Shown here: in pieces, positions 1 through 10,203 of the stretch
Layout: each line of letters opens with the position of its first letter
Position numbering within the stretch: position 1 is the stretch's first letter
DNA from: Zeimonas sp.
GTDB lineage: Bacteria > Pseudomonadota > Gammaproteobacteria > Burkholderiales > Burkholderiaceae_E
Length of the DNA: 45,821 nt
NCBI GenBank assembly: GCA_035303885.1
Contig: DATGRE010000191.1
Coordinates: forward strand, 1-45,821
Direction: 5' to 3'
Notes under the pieces: generated by a model
The model's input: the letters and a program-made list of their open reading frames with translations, nothing else
What the model was told of the DNA's origin: nothing
Database searches by the model: none
Made by a program: the position numbers and the translations under genes

Positions 1-2
1 CG

Positions 3-935
3 ATCAACGCTGCCGACGTCGGCGTCACCGCCTCGCTCGTCGCCGACGGCAGCGGCCAGCGCCTGATGCTGCGCAGCACCGACGTCGGCGCCGCGCAGAC
101 TTTCTCCGTCACCGCGACGAACGCCGGGGACGACCCGACGAGCACGCTGTCCGCGCTGTCGTACGACCCCGGCGAGGCCGGCGGAACGATGCAGCGCACC
201 CAGGCCGCCGCCGACGCCGTGGTGAAGATCGACGGCCTCGAGATCGTCGCCACCGGCAACCGTCTCGAAGGCGTGATCGAGAACGTCACGCTCGAACTGA
301 AGCGCCCGACCACCGCGCCGGTCGACGTCGGTGTCGCCAGCGACGCCAAGGCCCTGCGCGGCTCGATCGACGCGTTCGTGAAGGCCTACAACGATCTGAA
401 CAAGCTGATCGCCGACCAGACGCGCTACGACCCGGAGACCAAGTCGGCCGGACCGCTCCAGGGCAACCAGAGCGCCGTACGCGTACAGCAGCAGATGCGC
501 GAATTGCTGCGCACGACGATCGGCGACGGCTCGTTCCACAGCCTGAACGCGATCGGCCTCGAGCTGCAGCGCGACGGCTCGCTGTCGGTCAACGAATCGA
601 AGATGACGAAGGCGCTCGCCGCGCCGGACAAGCTGCAGGCCTTCTTCGCCGCGGTGAGCGAGACGCCCGAACAGGAAGGCTTCGCGCACCGACTGGCCGA
701 GCGCATCGGCAACTTCCTCGACTCCGACGGCACGCTCCCCGCCGTCACCGACTCGCTGAAGGCTCGCCAGCGTCAAACCGAACGGCAGCAGGAGCGCCTC
801 GAAGCGCGCCTGGACGAGATCCAGAAACGGCTGATGCGCCAGTACACGGCGCTCGATGCGAACCTGTCGCGCATCACCGGCTCGTTCGCCGGCATCGAGG
901 GGCTGCTGCGCAACATGAACAACCCGCAGAAGTGA
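3..935 (+). CDS. fliD: Flagellar filament cap protein FliD (5' end truncated by window edge)
   Basis: Frame is open from base 3 (INAADVGVTASLVADGSGQRLMLRST). FliD C-domain motifs FVKAYNDL, GPLQGN, RLMRQYTALD. Lies upstream of fliS. Confidence 0.95.
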   Translation: MNAADVGVTASLVADGSGQRLMLRSTDVGAAQTFSVTATNAGDDPTSTLSALSYDPGEAGGTMQRTQAAADAVVKIDGLEIVATGNRLEGVIENVTLELKRPTTAPVDVGVASDAKALRGSIDAFVKAYNDLNKLIADQTRYDPETKSAGPLQGNQSAVRVQQQMRELLRTTIGDGSFHSLNAIGLELQRDGSLSVNESKMTKALAAPDKLQAFFAAVSETPEQEGFAHRLAERIGNFLDSDGTLPAVTDSLKARQRQTERQQERLEARLDEIQKRLMRQYTALDANLSRITGSFAGIEGLLRNMNNPQK

Positions 936-999
936 GGGCCTGCGAAGCGGGCGAGTCCGCAGCATGAGCACCCATCGCCGTTTCCGGCCCCTCGACGCA

Positions 1000-1026
1000 T
1001 CAAGACGGGCGACGAACGGCCGATAA
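1000..1026 (+). promoter_or_regulatory. Sigma-28 (FliA) promoter upstream of fliS
   Basis: TCAA-N15-GCCGATAA matches the FliA consensus TAAA-N15-GCCGATAA; 33 nt before the fliS ATG. Confidence 0.85.
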
Positions 1027-1059
1027 CCGGTACATCGGTCATCGCAAGGACGCCGCTCC

Positions 1060-1533
1060 ATGTTCGCCTCGCCCCGCAGCCCCGCTTCCGCCGTCGCTTC
1101 CTCGGCCTTCACCTCCTCCTACCGCAACCTCGAGCTGGAGACCTCCGTGGCGCAGGCCGATCCGCACCGGCTCATCGAGATGCTCTTCGACGGCGCGGCC
1201 GCCGCGATCGCGCAGGCGCGCACCGCACTGCACGAGGGCCGTACGGCGGCCAAGGGCGAAGCGACCGGGCGCGCGATCCGCATTCTCGACGAGGGCCTCA
1301 AGACCTCGCTCGATCCTCGCGGCGGTGAGCTGGCGGCGAACCTGAAAGCACTCTACGAATACATGACGCACCGGCTGCTCGCCGCCAATCTGTCGAACGA
1401 CGACGCCAAATACGCCGAGGTGAGCGGCATGCTCGACCAGTTGCGCGACGCGTGGAAGCGCATCGCGGGCGAGGTGCGCGGCAAGACGCGGGCATCGGCC
1501 CCGGTGCGCTCCGGCGAGCTGGCGCCGGCATGA
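1060..1533 (+). CDS. fliS: Flagellin chaperone FliS
   Basis: Motifs ADPHRLIEMLFDGA, GGELAANLKALYEYM, LRDAW; position after fliD. Confidence 0.96.
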   Translation: MFASPRSPASAVASSAFTSSYRNLELETSVAQADPHRLIEMLFDGAAAAIAQARTALHEGRTAAKGEATGRAIRILDEGLKTSLDPRGGELAANLKALYEYMTHRLLAANLSNDDAKYAEVSGMLDQLRDAWKRIAGEVRGKTRASAPVRSGELAPA

Positions 1534-1637
1534 CCCGTGCGGATCGGCGCCCGCTCCACCGCGCAGGCACGCTTCGCGCGCGGCGCCGGATGCGCAGAGG
1601 CGTTGCCCGGCTTCCCGTCCATTCCGCGGGCGTCCGC

Positions 1638-1946
1638 ATGCCGCTGATCGACCGCTACCGGGAGATCGAGGGCGTCGCCTGCGAGATGCTCGAGGCGGGC
1701 CGCGCCGGCGACTGGTCGCGCGTGGGCGACCTCGGCAATGCGATCCGTTCGCTCGCCGATGGCGTCGCGCGCGCGGGCGGCCCGGAAACGCTCGATCCCG
1801 AGCAGCGGCGCGAGCGGCTGCGCATCCTGAAGCGCCTCGTCGTCGTCGACGGCGAGCTTCGCCGGCTGTCCGATCCCGCGAACGCCCGGCTCGATTCGAT
1901 GTTCGGTCCGGCGCCGGGCGGCGGCGGTGCCCCCCGCTCGGCTTGA
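1638..1946 (+). CDS. fliT: Flagellar chaperone FliT
   Basis: About 102 aa helical protein with Y..I.....MLEAGRAGDW and ILKRLVVVDGELRRL patterns; fliD-fliS-fliT synteny; ATG at 1638. Confidence 0.85.
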   Translation: MPLIDRYREIEGVACEMLEAGRAGDWSRVGDLGNAIRSLADGVARAGGPETLDPEQRRERLRILKRLVVVDGELRRLSDPANARLDSMFGPAPGGGGAPRSA

Positions 1947-1992
1947 CACCGCCTTCCCGAGGGGAAATCATCCGGCGCTCGACCCACGCAAC

Positions 1993-2790
1993 ATGTCGAA
2001 CGCCGCTGCCTCCCCGATCGGCCCGGACGCACCCGACGCACTGAGCCCCGAATTCCGTATCGAGGGCGAGTTCGCGGTGCGCGCGGTGCTGCGCGAGCTG
2101 ATGGCGCGACGCTCGCTCGTCACGCTCTATCCGGAAGGACGGGTCGACGACGCGCTCGTCACGCGCATCGTGCACGTGGCGCCCGACGGCGTCGAGCTCG
2201 ACGCTTCGGGGCAGCCGGGCGCCGCCGAAGCGCTGCGGCGCGCGGACTTCGCGATCGGCGTCGCCTATCCGCAGAACGTGAAGACGCAGTTCCGGATCGA
2301 GCGGCTGCATCTGTCCGACGAGCCCGTCCGGCCCGCGAACATCGAAGCACCGGCCCCCGCGGTGGTGACGACGCTGCAGGCGCCGGTGCCCACCGAGCTC
2401 TATCGGCTGCAGCGCCGCGAGTCCTTTCGCGTACGTCCGCCCGAAGAGGACGAAGCGCACTGCGTGCAGCGGGTCGGCATCGGCCGGGAGCTTCGCCATC
2501 CGCTGATCGACCTCAGCGCCGGCGGCCTGTCGATCCGGATGACGCTCGACGAGACGCCGCCCGCCCCGGGCCGCATCTGGCGGCAGAGCCGCATCGAGAC
2601 GGCAGGCGGGCTCGTCATTCCCTGCGAGCTCGTCGTGCGCGGCGTCTACGAGGATCCGTCGCTGGAAGGCGCGCGGCGCGTCGCCTTCGCGTTCCACGCG
2701 ATGCCGAGCGACGTGCTGCGGCGCGTGCAGATGTACGTGATCGACATCGAAAAGCGGCTGCGGCGGCAGGACCGGGGCAGCGGAAGCTGA
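1993..2790 (+). CDS. ycgR: c-di-GMP-binding flagellar brake protein (YcgR-N + PilZ)
   Basis: PilZ motifs QRRESFR (RxxxR) and DLSAGG (DxSxxG); ATG at 1993. Confidence 0.9.
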   Translation: MSNAAASPIGPDAPDALSPEFRIEGEFAVRAVLRELMARRSLVTLYPEGRVDDALVTRIVHVAPDGVELDASGQPGAAEALRRADFAIGVAYPQNVKTQFRIERLHLSDEPVRPANIEAPAPAVVTTLQAPVPTELYRLQRRESFRVRPPEEDEAHCVQRVGIGRELRHPLIDLSAGGLSIRMTLDETPPAPGRIWRQSRIETAGGLVIPCELVVRGVYEDPSLEGARRVAFAFHAMPSDVLRRVQMYVIDIEKRLRRQDRGSGS

Positions 2791-2823
2791 AGCGCAGGAG
2801 GACCTGGTCGGTCCCCGGCGAGC

Positions 2824-2845
2824 CGCTCGCAAACCGAGCGTTTTT
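2824..2845 (+). terminator. Probable intrinsic terminator of fliS-fliT-ycgR (a mirror hairpin at 2874-2892 may serve fliE)
   Basis: CGCTCG-CAAAC-CGAGCG followed by TTTTT, 33 nt after the ycgR stop. Confidence 0.6.
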
Positions 2846-2891
2846 CATCGTGGAATGCATTCCACGGCCGACAACGCTCGCTTTGCGAGCG
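2824..2891. repeat. 68-bp imperfect palindrome with nested hairpins between convergent ycgR and fliE
   Basis: The 34-nt arms match at 28/34 positions. Each arm holds a CGCTCG..CGAGCG hairpin, and the centre is the perfect palindrome CGTGGAATGCATTCCACG. Confidence 0.85.
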
Positions 2892-2954
2892 TCCGGCCGC
2901 CGCGCTTCACGGCGTACGGGCGGCAGGGTGCGCCGGAACCTGGGCTTTCCGCGC

Positions 2955-3308
2955 CTACACCGGCATGTTCATGATGTCCGTATACGCCGCCACCAGCCGG
3001 TTGCGCACCGTCAGCGCCGCCTGGAACGCCACCTGCGACTGCTGCATCGCCATCATCGTGCGCTCGAGGCTCACGCCTTCGTCGCCCATCAGGAAGCGTC
3101 TCTGCAGCGTGACGCTCTCCTCCTGCAGCCGGCTCACGCCCTGCAACGCGTTGTTCAGCGCGCCGGAGAACGAATCCTTGCCCTGCGCGGCGGAAGCGGC
3201 GCCGGGCTGCGCGCCGGCACCGACGGTGCCCGCCGGGCCGAGCGCCCCGCCCGCGCCCTGGGCGGCGGTGCCCGGCCAGCTCTGGAATGCGGGGAAACGT
3301 ACGTCCAT
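2955..3308 (-). CDS. fliE: Flagellar hook-basal body protein FliE
   Basis: C-terminal MMAMQQSQVAFQAALTVRNRLVAAYTDIMNMPV; divergent from fliF. Start taken at MDVRF, uncertain. Confidence 0.95.
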   Translation of the reverse strand: MDVRFPAFQSWPGTAAQGAGGALGPAGTVGAGAQPGAASAAQGKDSFSGALNNALQGVSRLQEESVTLQRRFLMGDEGVSLERTMMAMQQSQVAFQAALTVRNRLVAAYTDIMNMPV

Positions 3309-3369
3309 CGTCGTCGAACTCCTCGGCAGCGATGCGCGCATCTTGACCCCGATCGGGCCGCACCCGAAC

Positions 3370-3401
3370 GCGAAATAACGGCATCCCCACCCGCTATTTG
3401 C
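3370..3401. promoter_or_regulatory. Putative FlhDC-type inverted repeat in the fliE/fliF divergent region
   Basis: GCGAAATAA-N15-CTATTTGC resembles the enterobacterial FlhDC box GCAATAA-N~18-TTATTCC; a similar element precedes fliL. Confidence 0.5.
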
Positions 3402-3439
3402 GGCTTGAGTCCGCAGGCCCTCGCCCGATACTGCGCCGC

Positions 3440-5110
3440 ATGGATGCCGCCGCCGCTCGAACCCTGCCCGCCGCACCCGTGACGCCCTTTGCCGGCTTCG
3501 CCGCGTTGCCGCCGAAGCGCAAGTGGATGGCCGCGGGCGGCGTCGCCGCGCTGATCGCGATCCTCGCCGTCGCCATCCTGTGGACGCGCGAGCCCGAATG
3601 GCGCGTGCTGTTCGCCAACACCAGCGACCGCGACGGCGGCGCGATCATCGCGGCGCTGTCGCAGATGAACGTGCCCTACCGCTTCGCGCCCGGCGGTGCC
3701 GCGATCCTCGTTCCCGAGGAGCGCGTGCACGACGTGCGCCTGAAGCTCGCGTCGCAGGGGCTGCCGCGTGGCGGCACCGTCGGCTTCGAGCTGCTCGAGA
3801 ACCAGAAATTCGGCGTCACGCAGTTCCAGGAGCGGCTCAATTTCCAGCGCGGCCTCGAAGGCGAGCTCGCGCGCTCGATCCAGTCGATCGCCGCGGTGCA
3901 GGCGGCGCGCGTGCATCTGGCGCTGCCCACGCAGAATGGCTTCCTGCGCGAGCAGCAGAAGCCCTCCGCGTCGGTGCTGCTGTCGCTGCATCCGGGCCGG
4001 CAGATCGATCGCGCGCAGGTCGCCGGCATCGTGCATCTCGTCGCCTCCTCGGTGCCCAACCTGTCGCCGAAGCAGGTCAGCGTGGTCGACCACACCGGTG
4101 CGCTGCTGTCGTCCGAATCCGACGCCGCGCCGAACGGCCTCGATGCGACGCAGCTGAACTACGTGCGCAACATCGAGGCGACGCTGAACCGGCGCGTGCT
4201 CGACATCGTCGAGCCGATCGTCGGCGCCGGGAACGTGCGCGCGCAGGTCACGGTCGACGTCGACTTCACCCAGAGCGAGTCGACCGCCGAGCAGTACCGC
4301 CCGAACCAGGGCGCGGAGCCGGCGGCGGTGCGCAGCCAGCAGCGCATCGAGGCGCCGGCGGGCGACGCGGCGCTCGCGCAGGGCGTTCCCGGCGCCCTGT
4401 CGAACCAGCCGCCACAGGCGACGACGGCGCCGGTGAACGGTGCCGCGCAGGTCACGCGCGCGGCCGGTGCGGCGACGGGCGCCGACGCCGCAGGCGCCGA
4501 AGGCGGCACCGCGTCGAACATGCGTCGCGAATCGGTGACCAACTACGAAGTCGACAAGACCGTTCGCGTCACGCGCAACGCCACCGGCACGATCCAGCGC
4601 CTGAGCGCGGCCGTCGTCGTCGACCACCGTCGTTCGATCGACGAGAACGGCAAGGTGATCCGCACGCCGCTCAGCGCCGACGAGCTGCGCAACGTGCAAT
4701 CCCTGGTGCGCGAGGCGATCGGCTTCAATGCCGAGCGCGGCGACTCGATCAACGTGGTGAACGCGCCGTTCACCGAGATCGAGGCGCCGCAGGAAGTCGA
4801 GCTGCCGCTGTGGCGCCAGCCCGAGAACCTCGCGCTGGCGCGCGACCTGGGCAAGCAGCTCGGCCTCGTCGCACTCGCCCTGATCGTGATCTTCGCCCTG
4901 ATCCGCCCGGCGCTGAAGGCGGCGGCGCGGCCGCCGCGCGCCTCCACGCTCACCGAGCAGGTCGACGATCCGCTGCAGCTGCCCGAGCCCGAGCCGACGC
5001 CGAAGGCGCTGCCGAACGCGCGCGTGCGCCACGACGAGATCCTGCAGACGGCGCGCGAGAACCCGGCGACCGTGGCCAACATCGTGCGCAGCTGGGTCTC
5101 GGCCGAATGA
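3440..5110 (+). CDS. fliF: Flagellar MS-ring protein FliF
   Basis: GFELLENQKFGVTQFQE, GLEGELARSI, ARVHLALP, NYEVDKT; two TM segments. Confidence 0.97.
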   Translation: MDAAAARTLPAAPVTPFAGFAALPPKRKWMAAGGVAALIAILAVAILWTREPEWRVLFANTSDRDGGAIIAALSQMNVPYRFAPGGAAILVPEERVHDVRLKLASQGLPRGGTVGFELLENQKFGVTQFQERLNFQRGLEGELARSIQSIAAVQAARVHLALPTQNGFLREQQKPSASVLLSLHPGRQIDRAQVAGIVHLVASSVPNLSPKQVSVVDHTGALLSSESDAAPNGLDATQLNYVRNIEATLNRRVLDIVEPIVGAGNVRAQVTVDVDFTQSESTAEQYRPNQGAEPAAVRSQQRIEAPAGDAALAQGVPGALSNQPPQATTAPVNGAAQVTRAAGAATGADAAGAEGGTASNMRRESVTNYEVDKTVRVTRNATGTIQRLSAAVVVDHRRSIDENGKVIRTPLSADELRNVQSLVREAIGFNAERGDSINVVNAPFTEIEAPQEVELPLWRQPENLALARDLGKQLGLVALALIVIFALIRPALKAAARPPRASTLTEQVDDPLQLPEPEPTPKALPNARVRHDEILQTARENPATVANIVRSWVSAE

Positions 5111-5135
5111 CGGCCACGGAGGAGTCTTGGGCGCG

Positions 5136-6131
5136 ATGAACGAACAGGGGCTCGTCGACAGCGCGATCCTGCTGCTGGCGCTCGGCGAGGACGCCGCGGC
5201 GGAGGTGTTCCGTCACCTGACGCCGAAGGAGGTGCAGCGGCTCGGCGAGACGATGTCGCGCACGCGCACGACGAGCCGCGAACGGCTGCAGTCGGTGCTC
5301 GAGCGCTTCCAGGCCGATGCGGGCGACCTCAGCACGCTCGTCGACGACAACGACGAATACATCCGGTCGGTGCTGCGCCGGGCGCTCGGCGAGGACAAGG
5401 CCGGGCTGCTGATCGAGCGGATCCTGCAAGGCGGCGACGTCTCGGGAATCGAGAGCCTGAAGTGGATGGATCCGCAGTCGGTCGCCGAGCTGATCCGCAA
5501 CGAGCACCCGCAGATCATCGCGTCGATTCTCGTGCATCTCGAGCGCGACCAGGCCTCGGCGGTCCTGCTGCAATTCACCGATCGGCTGCGCAACGACGTC
5601 ATGCTGCGCATCGCCACGCTCGACGGCATCCAGCCGAACGCGCTGCGCGAGCTCAACGACGTGCTCACCCGCGTGCTCGCCGGCGGCGAGAAGCTCAAGC
5701 GCAAGAAGCTCGGCGGCACGAAGGCCGCGGCCGAGATCCTGAACTTCTTCGGCAGCTCCAACGAGACGGCCACCCTGGACGCGATCCGCGAAGAGGATCC
5801 CGACCTGGCGCAGTCGATCGCCGACCAGATGTTCACCTTCGAGGACCTGAACCGCCTCGACGACCGGTCGATCCAGCTCGTGCTGCGCGAGATCGCCAGC
5901 GACTCGCTGATCGTCGCGCTCAAGGGCGCCGACGCGGAGCTGCGTGAACGGATCTTCCGCAACATGAGCCAACGCGCGGCCGACACGCTGCGCGAAGACC
6001 TCGAATCGAAGGGACCGGTGCGACTGTCCGAGGTCGAGGCCGAGCAGAAGGAGATCCTGAAGACCGTGCGCCGCCTGGCCGAGGAAGGTCAGGTCATGCT
6101 GCACGGCGGGGGCGACGATGCCTACGTTTGA
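5136..6131 (+). CDS. fliG: Flagellar motor switch protein FliG
   Basis: EHPQIIA, MFTFEDL, IFRNMSQRAA, GPVRLSEVE. Alternative TTG start at 5127. Confidence 0.97.
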   Translation: MNEQGLVDSAILLLALGEDAAAEVFRHLTPKEVQRLGETMSRTRTTSRERLQSVLERFQADAGDLSTLVDDNDEYIRSVLRRALGEDKAGLLIERILQGGDVSGIESLKWMDPQSVAELIRNEHPQIIASILVHLERDQASAVLLQFTDRLRNDVMLRIATLDGIQPNALRELNDVLTRVLAGGEKLKRKKLGGTKAAAEILNFFGSSNETATLDAIREEDPDLAQSIADQMFTFEDLNRLDDRSIQLVLREIASDSLIVALKGADAELRERIFRNMSQRAADTLREDLESKGPVRLSEVEAEQKEILKTVRRLAEEGQVMLHGGGDDAYV

Positions 6132-6855
6132 CACGCTGCTCGAGCACCTCGCGGCACGCGCGGCGACGGCGGCGGCTACACCCGCGGGCGTGCGGGGCAC
6201 GAGCCGCATCATCGCCTCCGAGCGGCTGCACCGCTACACGCCCTTCGAGATGGATCCGCTGTCGTCGCCGCCCGAGGACCGCCTCGCGCAGCAGTCGACG
6301 CCGCCGCCGACCCGGGCGCCCGACTACGCCGACGGACACAAGGCCGGGCTCGCCGAAGGCTTTCGGCGCGGATTCGACGCAGGCGTCGCCCACGCGAACG
6401 CCGAGCACGAGGAACGCGAGCGGCAGGCGGGCGCCGCACTCGGCGAGCGCATCGCGGCGCTGGTGGAGGATTGCCGGCAGCGGCTCGATGCGATCGAGCG
6501 CGATGCCGCCGACGCGGTCGTCGATCTGGCGCTCGAGGTCGCGCGCCATGCGTTGCGCGCCACGCTCGCGGTGCGGCCCGAGACGATCGTCCCGATCGTG
6601 CAGGAGGCGCTCGCCGGCGTGTTCGACGAGTCGGTGCGCATGCATCTGCATCTGAATCCCCGCGACGAGGCGCTGGTGCGCGAGGAACTCGGCGCGCGGC
6701 TCGCGCAGTCGAACTGCGAGATCGTCGCCGACGCGTCGATCCGCCCCGGCGGATGCCGGATCGAGACGCCGCGGGCCGAAGTCGATGCGACGCTCGAGAC
6801 GCGATGGCGGCGAACGCTCGCCGCACTGGGCCGCTGCGGGGAAGACGGTCCGTGA
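6118..6855 (+). CDS. fliH: Flagellar assembly protein FliH
   Basis: GxxxG repeats ([17 protein letters not shown]), [23 protein letters not shown]. Confidence 0.93.
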   Translation: MPTFDTLLEHLAARAATAAATPAGVRGTSRIIASERLHRYTPFEMDPLSSPPEDRLAQQSTPPPTRAPDYADGHKAGLAEGFRRGFDAGVAHANAEHEERERQAGAALGERIAALVEDCRQRLDAIERDAADAVVDLALEVARHALRATLAVRPETIVPIVQEALAGVFDESVRMHLHLNPRDEALVREELGARLAQSNCEIVADASIRPGGCRIETPRAEVDATLETRWRRTLAALGRCGEDGP

Positions 6856-8297
6856 GCCTCGCGCCCGCCTGGAAATCGCTGTTCGAGAACCAGCGCGCGC
6901 TGCTCGCCGCGGCGATCCCGGTGGCCGCGCACGGCCGGCTCGTGCGCGCCGCGGGGCTCGTGCTGGAAGCCTCGGGGCTTCGGCTGCCCGTCGGAAGCCT
7001 GTGCATCGTCTCGCAGGGCGACGGACGCGACCGGCTCGAGGTCGAGGCCGAGGTCGTCGGCTTCTCGGAGGAACGCCTGTTCCTGATGCCGACCGGAGAC
7101 ACGCTCGGCCTTTCGCCGGGCGCGCGCGTCACGCCGGTCGAATTCCCGGTGCGTGCCGGGCGGTTGCACCGCCCCTCGCACCCGCGCCGGCGCGCCGTCG
7201 ACCGCATGCGCCAGCTGCCGATCGGCGACGGCCTGCTCGGACGCGTCGTCGACGCGAGCGGCGCGCCGCTCGACCGCCACGGCGCGCTGCGCGACGTCGA
7301 CATGCAACCGGTGAACGCGCGGCCGGTGAACGCGATGGAGCGCGAGCCGGTGCGCCAGCCGCTGGACACCGGCGTCCGCGCGATCAACGCGATGCTCACC
7401 GTCGGGCGCGGCCAGCGGCTCGGCCTGTTCGCCGGCGCCGGCCTCGGCAAGAGCGTGCTGCTCGGCATGATGGCCCGCTACACGTCGGCCGACGTCATCG
7501 TCGTCGGGCTGATCGGCGAGCGCGGCCGCGAAGTGAAGGAATTCATCGACGACATCCTCGGCGAGGCGGGCCTGCGCCGCTCGGTGGTCGTGGCCGCGCC
7601 CGGCGACTCCCCACCGCTGACGCGGATGCAGGGCGCCGTCTACGCGACGGCGATCGCCGAGCACTTCCGCGACCGCGGACTGCACGTGCTGCTGCTGATG
7701 GATTCGCTCACGCGCTACGCGATGGCCGCGCGCGAGGTCGCGCTGGCGATCGGCGAGCCGCCGGCGACGAAGGGCTACCCGCCCTCCGTGTTCGCGCGGC
7801 TGCCGCTGCTGATCGAGCGCACCGGCAACGGGCTGAACGGCGTCGGCTCGATCACGGCCTTCTACACCGTGCTCGCCGAAGGCGACGACCCCCAGGATCC
7901 GATCGCCGATTCGGCACGCTCGCACCTGGACGGGCATCTCGTGCTCAGCCGCGCGCTGGCGGACGCCGGACACTATCCGGCCATCGACATCGAGCAATCG
8001 ATCTCGCGCGTGATGAACAACGTGACTTCGCCGCAGGCGCAGTCGCACGCGCGCCGCTTCAAGGCGCTGTGGTCGCAATACCAGCGAAGCCGGGATCTGA
8101 TTGCGGTCGGCGCGTACGTGCCGGGCACCGATCCGGAGACCGACCGCGCGATCGCACTGCACCCGGCGATGCTGCGCTTCCTGCAGCAGGACCTCGCCGA
8201 ACGCTGCGACATCGAATCGGCGCAGCACGCGCTCGCCGCCCTGCTCGATCCCGAAGGCAGCGCGAAAGCCGACGCCAAGGAACGCGTCAACGCATGA
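6852..8297 (+). CDS. fliI: Flagellar export ATPase FliI
   Basis: Walker [39 protein letters not shown]; GTG start overlaps the fliH stop. Confidence 0.97.
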   Translation: MSLAPAWKSLFENQRALLAAAIPVAAHGRLVRAAGLVLEASGLRLPVGSLCIVSQGDGRDRLEVEAEVVGFSEERLFLMPTGDTLGLSPGARVTPVEFPVRAGRLHRPSHPRRRAVDRMRQLPIGDGLLGRVVDASGAPLDRHGALRDVDMQPVNARPVNAMEREPVRQPLDTGVRAINAMLTVGRGQRLGLFAGAGLGKSVLLGMMARYTSADVIVVGLIGERGREVKEFIDDILGEAGLRRSVVVAAPGDSPPLTRMQGAVYATAIAEHFRDRGLHVLLLMDSLTRYAMAAREVALAIGEPPATKGYPPSVFARLPLLIERTGNGLNGVGSITAFYTVLAEGDDPQDPIADSARSHLDGHLVLSRALADAGHYPAIDIEQSISRVMNNVTSPQAQSHARRFKALWSQYQRSRDLIAVGAYVPGTDPETDRAIALHPAMLRFLQQDLAERCDIESAQHALAALLDPEGSAKADAKERVNA

Positions 8298-8740
8298 AAC
8301 GGAAGACGCTGCAGCAGCTGATCGATCACGCCCGGCTCGTTCGCGACGATGCCGCGGTGCAGGCGGCCGGGGCGCACCGCGAGGTGGACGGCGCGCAACG
8401 CACGCTCGAGATGCTGTCGACGTATCGCGACGAGCAGCTGCGCAGTCGAGGCGCGCGTTCGCGCGTCGACCCCGCCGTGCTGCGGTTGCGCGAACGCTTC
8501 ACGCAGAAGCTGGACGGCGCGATCGACGAGCAGACGCGCGTGCGCGACGCACTGCACGACGCCGCCGAGCGCCGGCGCGAGGAGCTGCTCGGCCGGCAGC
8601 GCCGGCTGCTCGCCTTCGAGACGCTGCAGGCGCGCCGCGACGCGACGAACCTGCAGCGTCGCCAGCGCGCCGAACAGCGCGACACCGACGAGTACGCGGC
8701 GCAGGTCGCACGACGGCGCCGCGACGGGGAGAAACGATGA
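8294..8740 (+). CDS. fliJ: Flagellar export chaperone FliJ
   Basis: 148 aa coiled-coil ending EQRDTDEYA; ATGA overlap with fliI. Confidence 0.9.
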   Translation: MKRKTLQQLIDHARLVRDDAAVQAAGAHREVDGAQRTLEMLSTYRDEQLRSRGARSRVDPAVLRLRERFTQKLDGAIDEQTRVRDALHDAAERRREELLGRQRRLLAFETLQARRDATNLQRRQRAEQRDTDEYAAQVARRRRDGEKR

Positions 8741-10056
8741 CCAGCGAATCCGCGCTGTCGATGCGCAATGCCTTTCCGCGCCCGCCGATGGAGACTGCGG
8801 GCAAAGCGCGCACGATGGGCGCCGGGCGCACGACGGGCGCCGATCCTCTCGGATCGCGCTCGTCCACGCGAAGCACCGATGCCGGATCGAATGCCTTCGG
8901 CGAATCGATGTCGCGCGCGATGCGCGAACGTACCGACGCACCGCGGCGTACGTCGGATCCGGCGGCGAACGAAGCCCGCTCGCCCGAACGTGCACGCGAA
9001 AGCGCAATGGATCGCCGCAGCGCGGGCCGGACCGAAGAGCCGAACGCCGACCCGAGCGAGCCCGCGCGGGAGAGCGCGGAGACGCCCAGCGAAGCCGAAG
9101 CTTCGGCGGACGGGCACGACGGCTCGACGGCATCCTCCGTAGAGCCGCCGATCGCCCTGCCCGTCTGGAATGCCTCGGTGGCGCAGGGTACAGATAAGGG
9201 CGCAGGTGCGAACGAAGGCGACGACGTTCCCACCTCGCAGCACGGCCCTCGCCCGTCGGACGCGACCGACCTCGACGCATCGGCACGCGATGCAACCGCA
9301 TCGCCGGCCGACGGCGACGCGCCGACGACAGCGGGCGGCGAAGACGCACCCGTCCAGGCACGGCGCTCCTTCGCCGCAGCCTCCGACGCGGCGGGACTCG
9401 ACTCGAACATCGGCACCGCGGATGCGCGCGGCGAAGCGGCTTCGGAAGCGACGAACGCTGCATCATCGCCCGGCGGCGCCTTGGCGCAGCCCGGCGGCAC
9501 CGAAGCGCCCGCGCGTTCCGCCGACTTCCTCGCGCAGCTCGCGCACGCGCGAGGCGTGCCGATTCCGAATGCACAGGCGACGGCCGAGACGAATCTGCCG
9601 GGCGCCCCGGTCGCGCACCGCGTCGAGCTGCCCGCGTCACCCGCCGACGCCTGGTTCGCCGGACGCTTCGCGGCGGAAATCGCCCTGCTCGGTGCGGCGG
9701 GCATGGAGCGCGCCGAGATCCAGCTGCAGCCGCGCGAGCTCGGCCCGATCCGCGTCGAGCTTTCGCTGAACGGCGAATCGGCGCGCATCGCGTTCTCGGC
9801 GACGCAGCCCGAGACACGCCAGGCGATCGAGCAGTCGCTCGCGATCCTGAAGGACCTGCTCGCCGAGCGCGGCCTGTCGCTCGGCCAGGCGAGCGTCTCC
9901 GACGGACGCGCCGGCCACGACGCCGACGGCGAACGGTCCGCCGATGCCGCAGCGGACCGTCGCGGCGGCGACACGTCCGCCGCGGCCGGTCGGGCGTTCC
10001 CCGACGCGACGACGCCCGGGACGCGGCGGCGCACGCTGCTCGACGTCTACGTCTGA
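8737..10056 (+). CDS. fliK: Flagellar hook-length control protein FliK
   Basis: Low-complexity N-terminus plus C-terminal AEIQLQPRELGPIRV...LGQASVS domain; ends LLDVYV. Confidence 0.9.
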   Translation: MTSESALSMRNAFPRPPMETAGKARTMGAGRTTGADPLGSRSSTRSTDAGSNAFGESMSRAMRERTDAPRRTSDPAANEARSPERARESAMDRRSAGRTEEPNADPSEPARESAETPSEAEASADGHDGSTASSVEPPIALPVWNASVAQGTDKGAGANEGDDVPTSQHGPRPSDATDLDASARDATASPADGDAPTTAGGEDAPVQARRSFAAASDAAGLDSNIGTADARGEAASEATNAASSPGGALAQPGGTEAPARSADFLAQLAHARGVPIPNAQATAETNLPGAPVAHRVELPASPADAWFAGRFAAEIALLGAAGMERAEIQLQPRELGPIRVELSLNGESARIAFSATQPETRQAIEQSLAILKDLLAERGLSLGQASVSDGRAGHDADGERSADAAADRRGGDTSAAAGRAFPDATTPGTRRRTLLDVYV

Positions 10057-10084
10057 CCGCGCGCGAACGCGCCGCGCCCCAGCG

Positions 10085-10116
10085 GCGAATAGCGCCCGCC
10101 CACCCTCTCTTATCGC
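10085..10116 (+). promoter_or_regulatory. Putative FlhDC-type inverted repeat upstream of fliL
   Basis: GCGAATAG-N17-TTATCGC; shares the spacer core CCCACCC with the fliE/fliF element. Confidence 0.45.
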
Positions 10117-10203
10117 TCTTTGATTCGCCGCCGCGCGGCCGAGAATCGACTGCGTTCACTGCGGATCCTCCGCCGGATCCGCCTCGATTCAGCAGGAGTC
10201 ACG

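Noticed and set aside
8737-9600. Low-complexity Ala/Ser/Asp/Glu-rich stretch
   Set aside because: This is the expected disordered ruler region of FliK, not a repeat element.
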